The notes under the pieces are model-generated. The model had not been told where the DNA came from and searched no databases. It worked only from the letters and a program-made list of their open reading frames with translations. This document shows, piece by piece, positions 61,590-64,000 of a stretch of 64,000 nt of DNA. The position numbers and the translations under genes are program-made. Position 1 is the stretch's first letter, and every line of letters starts with the position of its first letter. The DNA is from Haliotis rufescens (Eukaryota), in contig NW_025963791.1 in NCBI RefSeq assembly GCF_023055435.1, positions 40,982,001 through 41,046,000 of the forward strand. Direction: 5' to 3'.

Positions 61590-61881
61590 TACTGTAAATC
61601 TTGAAATAAATGCGGCGTGAATTAAATGCGAAAAATGTGAGTGGTCTTTGCTCGCATTGATTAAACATCGCATTTATATATATCTCAATATTATCAAAAA
61701 TAAATAAGACAGCCTTACTTCACATTTTTGATAGCAGAAATACCAACTTGGACATAAAAACTATATAATCCACATCACATGGATTAAGGTAAGGAGTAGC
61801 ATTCACATTGAGTCGCATTTTTGGCTAGGGGCCAGCAGTCACATTCATTTGGAGACGCATTCACTTCAAGAATTTACAGTA
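61590..61881. mobile_element. TA-target MITE (TACTGTAAAT ends)
   Basis: TACTGTAAATCTTGAAATAAATGCG...CGCATTCACTTCAAGAATTTACAGTA; relative at about 53105-53685. Confidence 0.7.
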
Positions 61882-63734
61882 TTTGTTCTCAAAATAGCCA
61901 AAGGACAAACTAGCAGTCAATGCTGATTCTCAGATGCTGAGACACAACCAGGGCTCATTCACCACGCCGTCTTTGCCCTGCAAGCATCATCACTCTGTGT
62001 TAAGTGGGAGTTATGACAATCATCAAGCTGTTATAAAGCTACGTTGTTATGGGTAAGCGTCTACACCCTGAAATACTGTGTGTTTTTCTTCCACATTAAG
62101 CTGACACGCCTTGATGTGTACTACTCCAAACAAGTTAAAGAACACCCAATTCTTTCATATTACTGTAGTAAATCTTGGTCTCGTTAATCATGGCATGGCA
62201 GATTACCTAACTGTAGTAATATGAAAGAATTTAACTTCTTTTGAGTATTTGACGTGAAATACTGTTTAGAGCAGTATTACACTGAGCAACTATTGCTTGA
62301 CTCCCACATTGAAACTACAATTGTGTGAAAATGTATTAATGTTGATATGATGGCTTTTTTGAAGCCTAAATGATGTGTAGAGACATTCTGACAAATGTAT
62401 TTTCCTCTTGTGATGCTCTATTGCCAACATCCATCCATCGCGGACCACTGTGAATACAATCGTGCCTATATTTTATCACTGTTATATATTTATTTACAGA
62501 TGTATATATATATATAGATATATATAGATATATATATGAACACCCAGTGTATTATATGAAATGGTTAATGCCAATATTGAGAGAGTTTGATTGAGTGATT
62601 GATTAACCGAACATGAAATTGTATTTCACTTTGATCATCAATACCGAATATAAGTATGTGTAGCTTCCTGTGCTTGGCTGAAACTTGAGTACCAAGTACA
62701 GTGGAATCTCTCCGAACCGGACTTATTATAGCTTCCATCAAAACCAGAGCAATTTCACAAAAGTTTATTATCAAACAGATTACAGTTACCAGTAACCTTA
62801 TTTATTCCTAATTGAGACCACCCAATATATGTTAAGCTTTATACACTCCTACTTTTCACAAAACTCAGATCTTACATGGTGGCCATATTGAAAATATCGT
62901 TTGCCCGTTACTCAGCCATTCCTTCATGTATCATTTAAATTTGAAATGCTGCAAGTATTTTGTAGGCGGCATATCATATAATATGTTTTGGGGCATATTT
63001 TGATATTTCATGATAGCAAACTATAACCTCTGACTTTCATGTATCCGTTTCTTGAGTGTTTCGGCAATTCGACATCCCCCTGAAACTACAAGGCCTCTGG
63101 TGCTGAAATCTGTCAGAATCATCCCTGCTATGATGTCCCTAATACGTGCTCACAGAATTCCGATCCAACTTTAAACGTTGCTGTCATTATTTCTTCATAG
63201 TTCAGGCGAACTACAGACCAATGTGGCTCTATGTTTACACAAACAAAATTGTTGGTGTGTTGGCTGATGCACCGAGGACAGTAGAGGTTTTGTCTCACTT
63301 ATATAACAGTTACAAGGGCTGGTCAAATTGTTCTAAGCCTAACTAACTTTCAACTTTGGTCCTTAACAAAGTGAATTAGTCAGTGTAGTACATTGTTTGA
63401 GTCGTTCATTGCAAGCGCATTTGATCTGTTGAGCCTGTTTGTATAGTAAATGTTTTCCCTATCACAGCTTACAAAAGTACCTGTAACAGACATATAATAC
63501 ACATGTATTCACAAAAACAGTCTAAAAATATAAATAATTTCCAAGTGCAATATCATCTATTCATCCTTGTTGGTTGAGCGGTAAAGTCCGTGGTTTGACT
63601 ATCAGATGTTTCAGAGGGTGTACCCCAGGTGGGTAAACTGACATATTCACCCTTCATTTGTCGGTGAAAAGGCGAGGATTTCGCTCAATACGTTGACAGT
63701 TTAAATAAAAGAAGTCATAAGTATTTAGGATGTA

Positions 63735-63909
63735 CAGTAAAGTACGGTTATAACGAACTCAAAGGGACTACTAATTTTAGTTCGTTATAACCGTATTTCG
63801 CTATAAGCATATATACAGCATAACTACAGCAAATAGTCGGGACCAAAGAATGAGTTCGTTATATCCATCAGTTTGTTATAAGCGTGTTCGTTATAACCGT
63901 AGTTTACTG
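63735..63909. mobile_element. Tigger/pogo-like MITE
   Basis: TA|CAGTAAAGTACGGTTATAACGAAC...GTTCGTTATAACCGTAGTTTACTG|TA. Confidence 0.8.
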
Positions 63910-64000
63910 TAAGTTGAATTGTCCATGGTTCGCAACAGTTGATGTTTGAACATAGTGCACAGTCTACAGATTCGGATGAAACCTATTTAGTTGTCAGAGT

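Overview
Eukaryotic (invertebrate) genomic DNA, AT-rich and repeat-dense. The SINE families suggest a mollusc, most likely a gastropod such as abalone; this is an inference from repeat recognition only. Reading splice sites by hand gives three recognisable intron-containing genes: a 4E-BP (eIF4E-binding protein; minus strand, 3 coding exons, 114 aa), ANAPC16 (minus, 3 exons, 86 aa, invisible in the ORF track) and ZDHHC6 palmitoyltransferase (plus, 9 exons, 389 aa). There is also a clean 3-exon, 196-aa orphan gene beginning MSLCC (minus, 35281-37983) and the probable first coding exon of an unidentified gene running off the left edge. The rest is satellites (41/45, 28, 21 and 41 bp units), four SINE-like families sharing one 3' tail, a decayed Penelope-like element with a hammerhead-ribozyme core, I/Nimb-like LINE and Tc1 relics, many MITEs and a Polinton-like fragment. 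The best lead for an undescribed system is an abundant short retroposon that has no tRNA/Pol III head. It instead starts, at the same nucleotide in several copies, with a 67-nt closed pseudoknot-like RNA that could be a self-cleaving or 5'-defining element. No prokaryotic features or CRISPR arrays.
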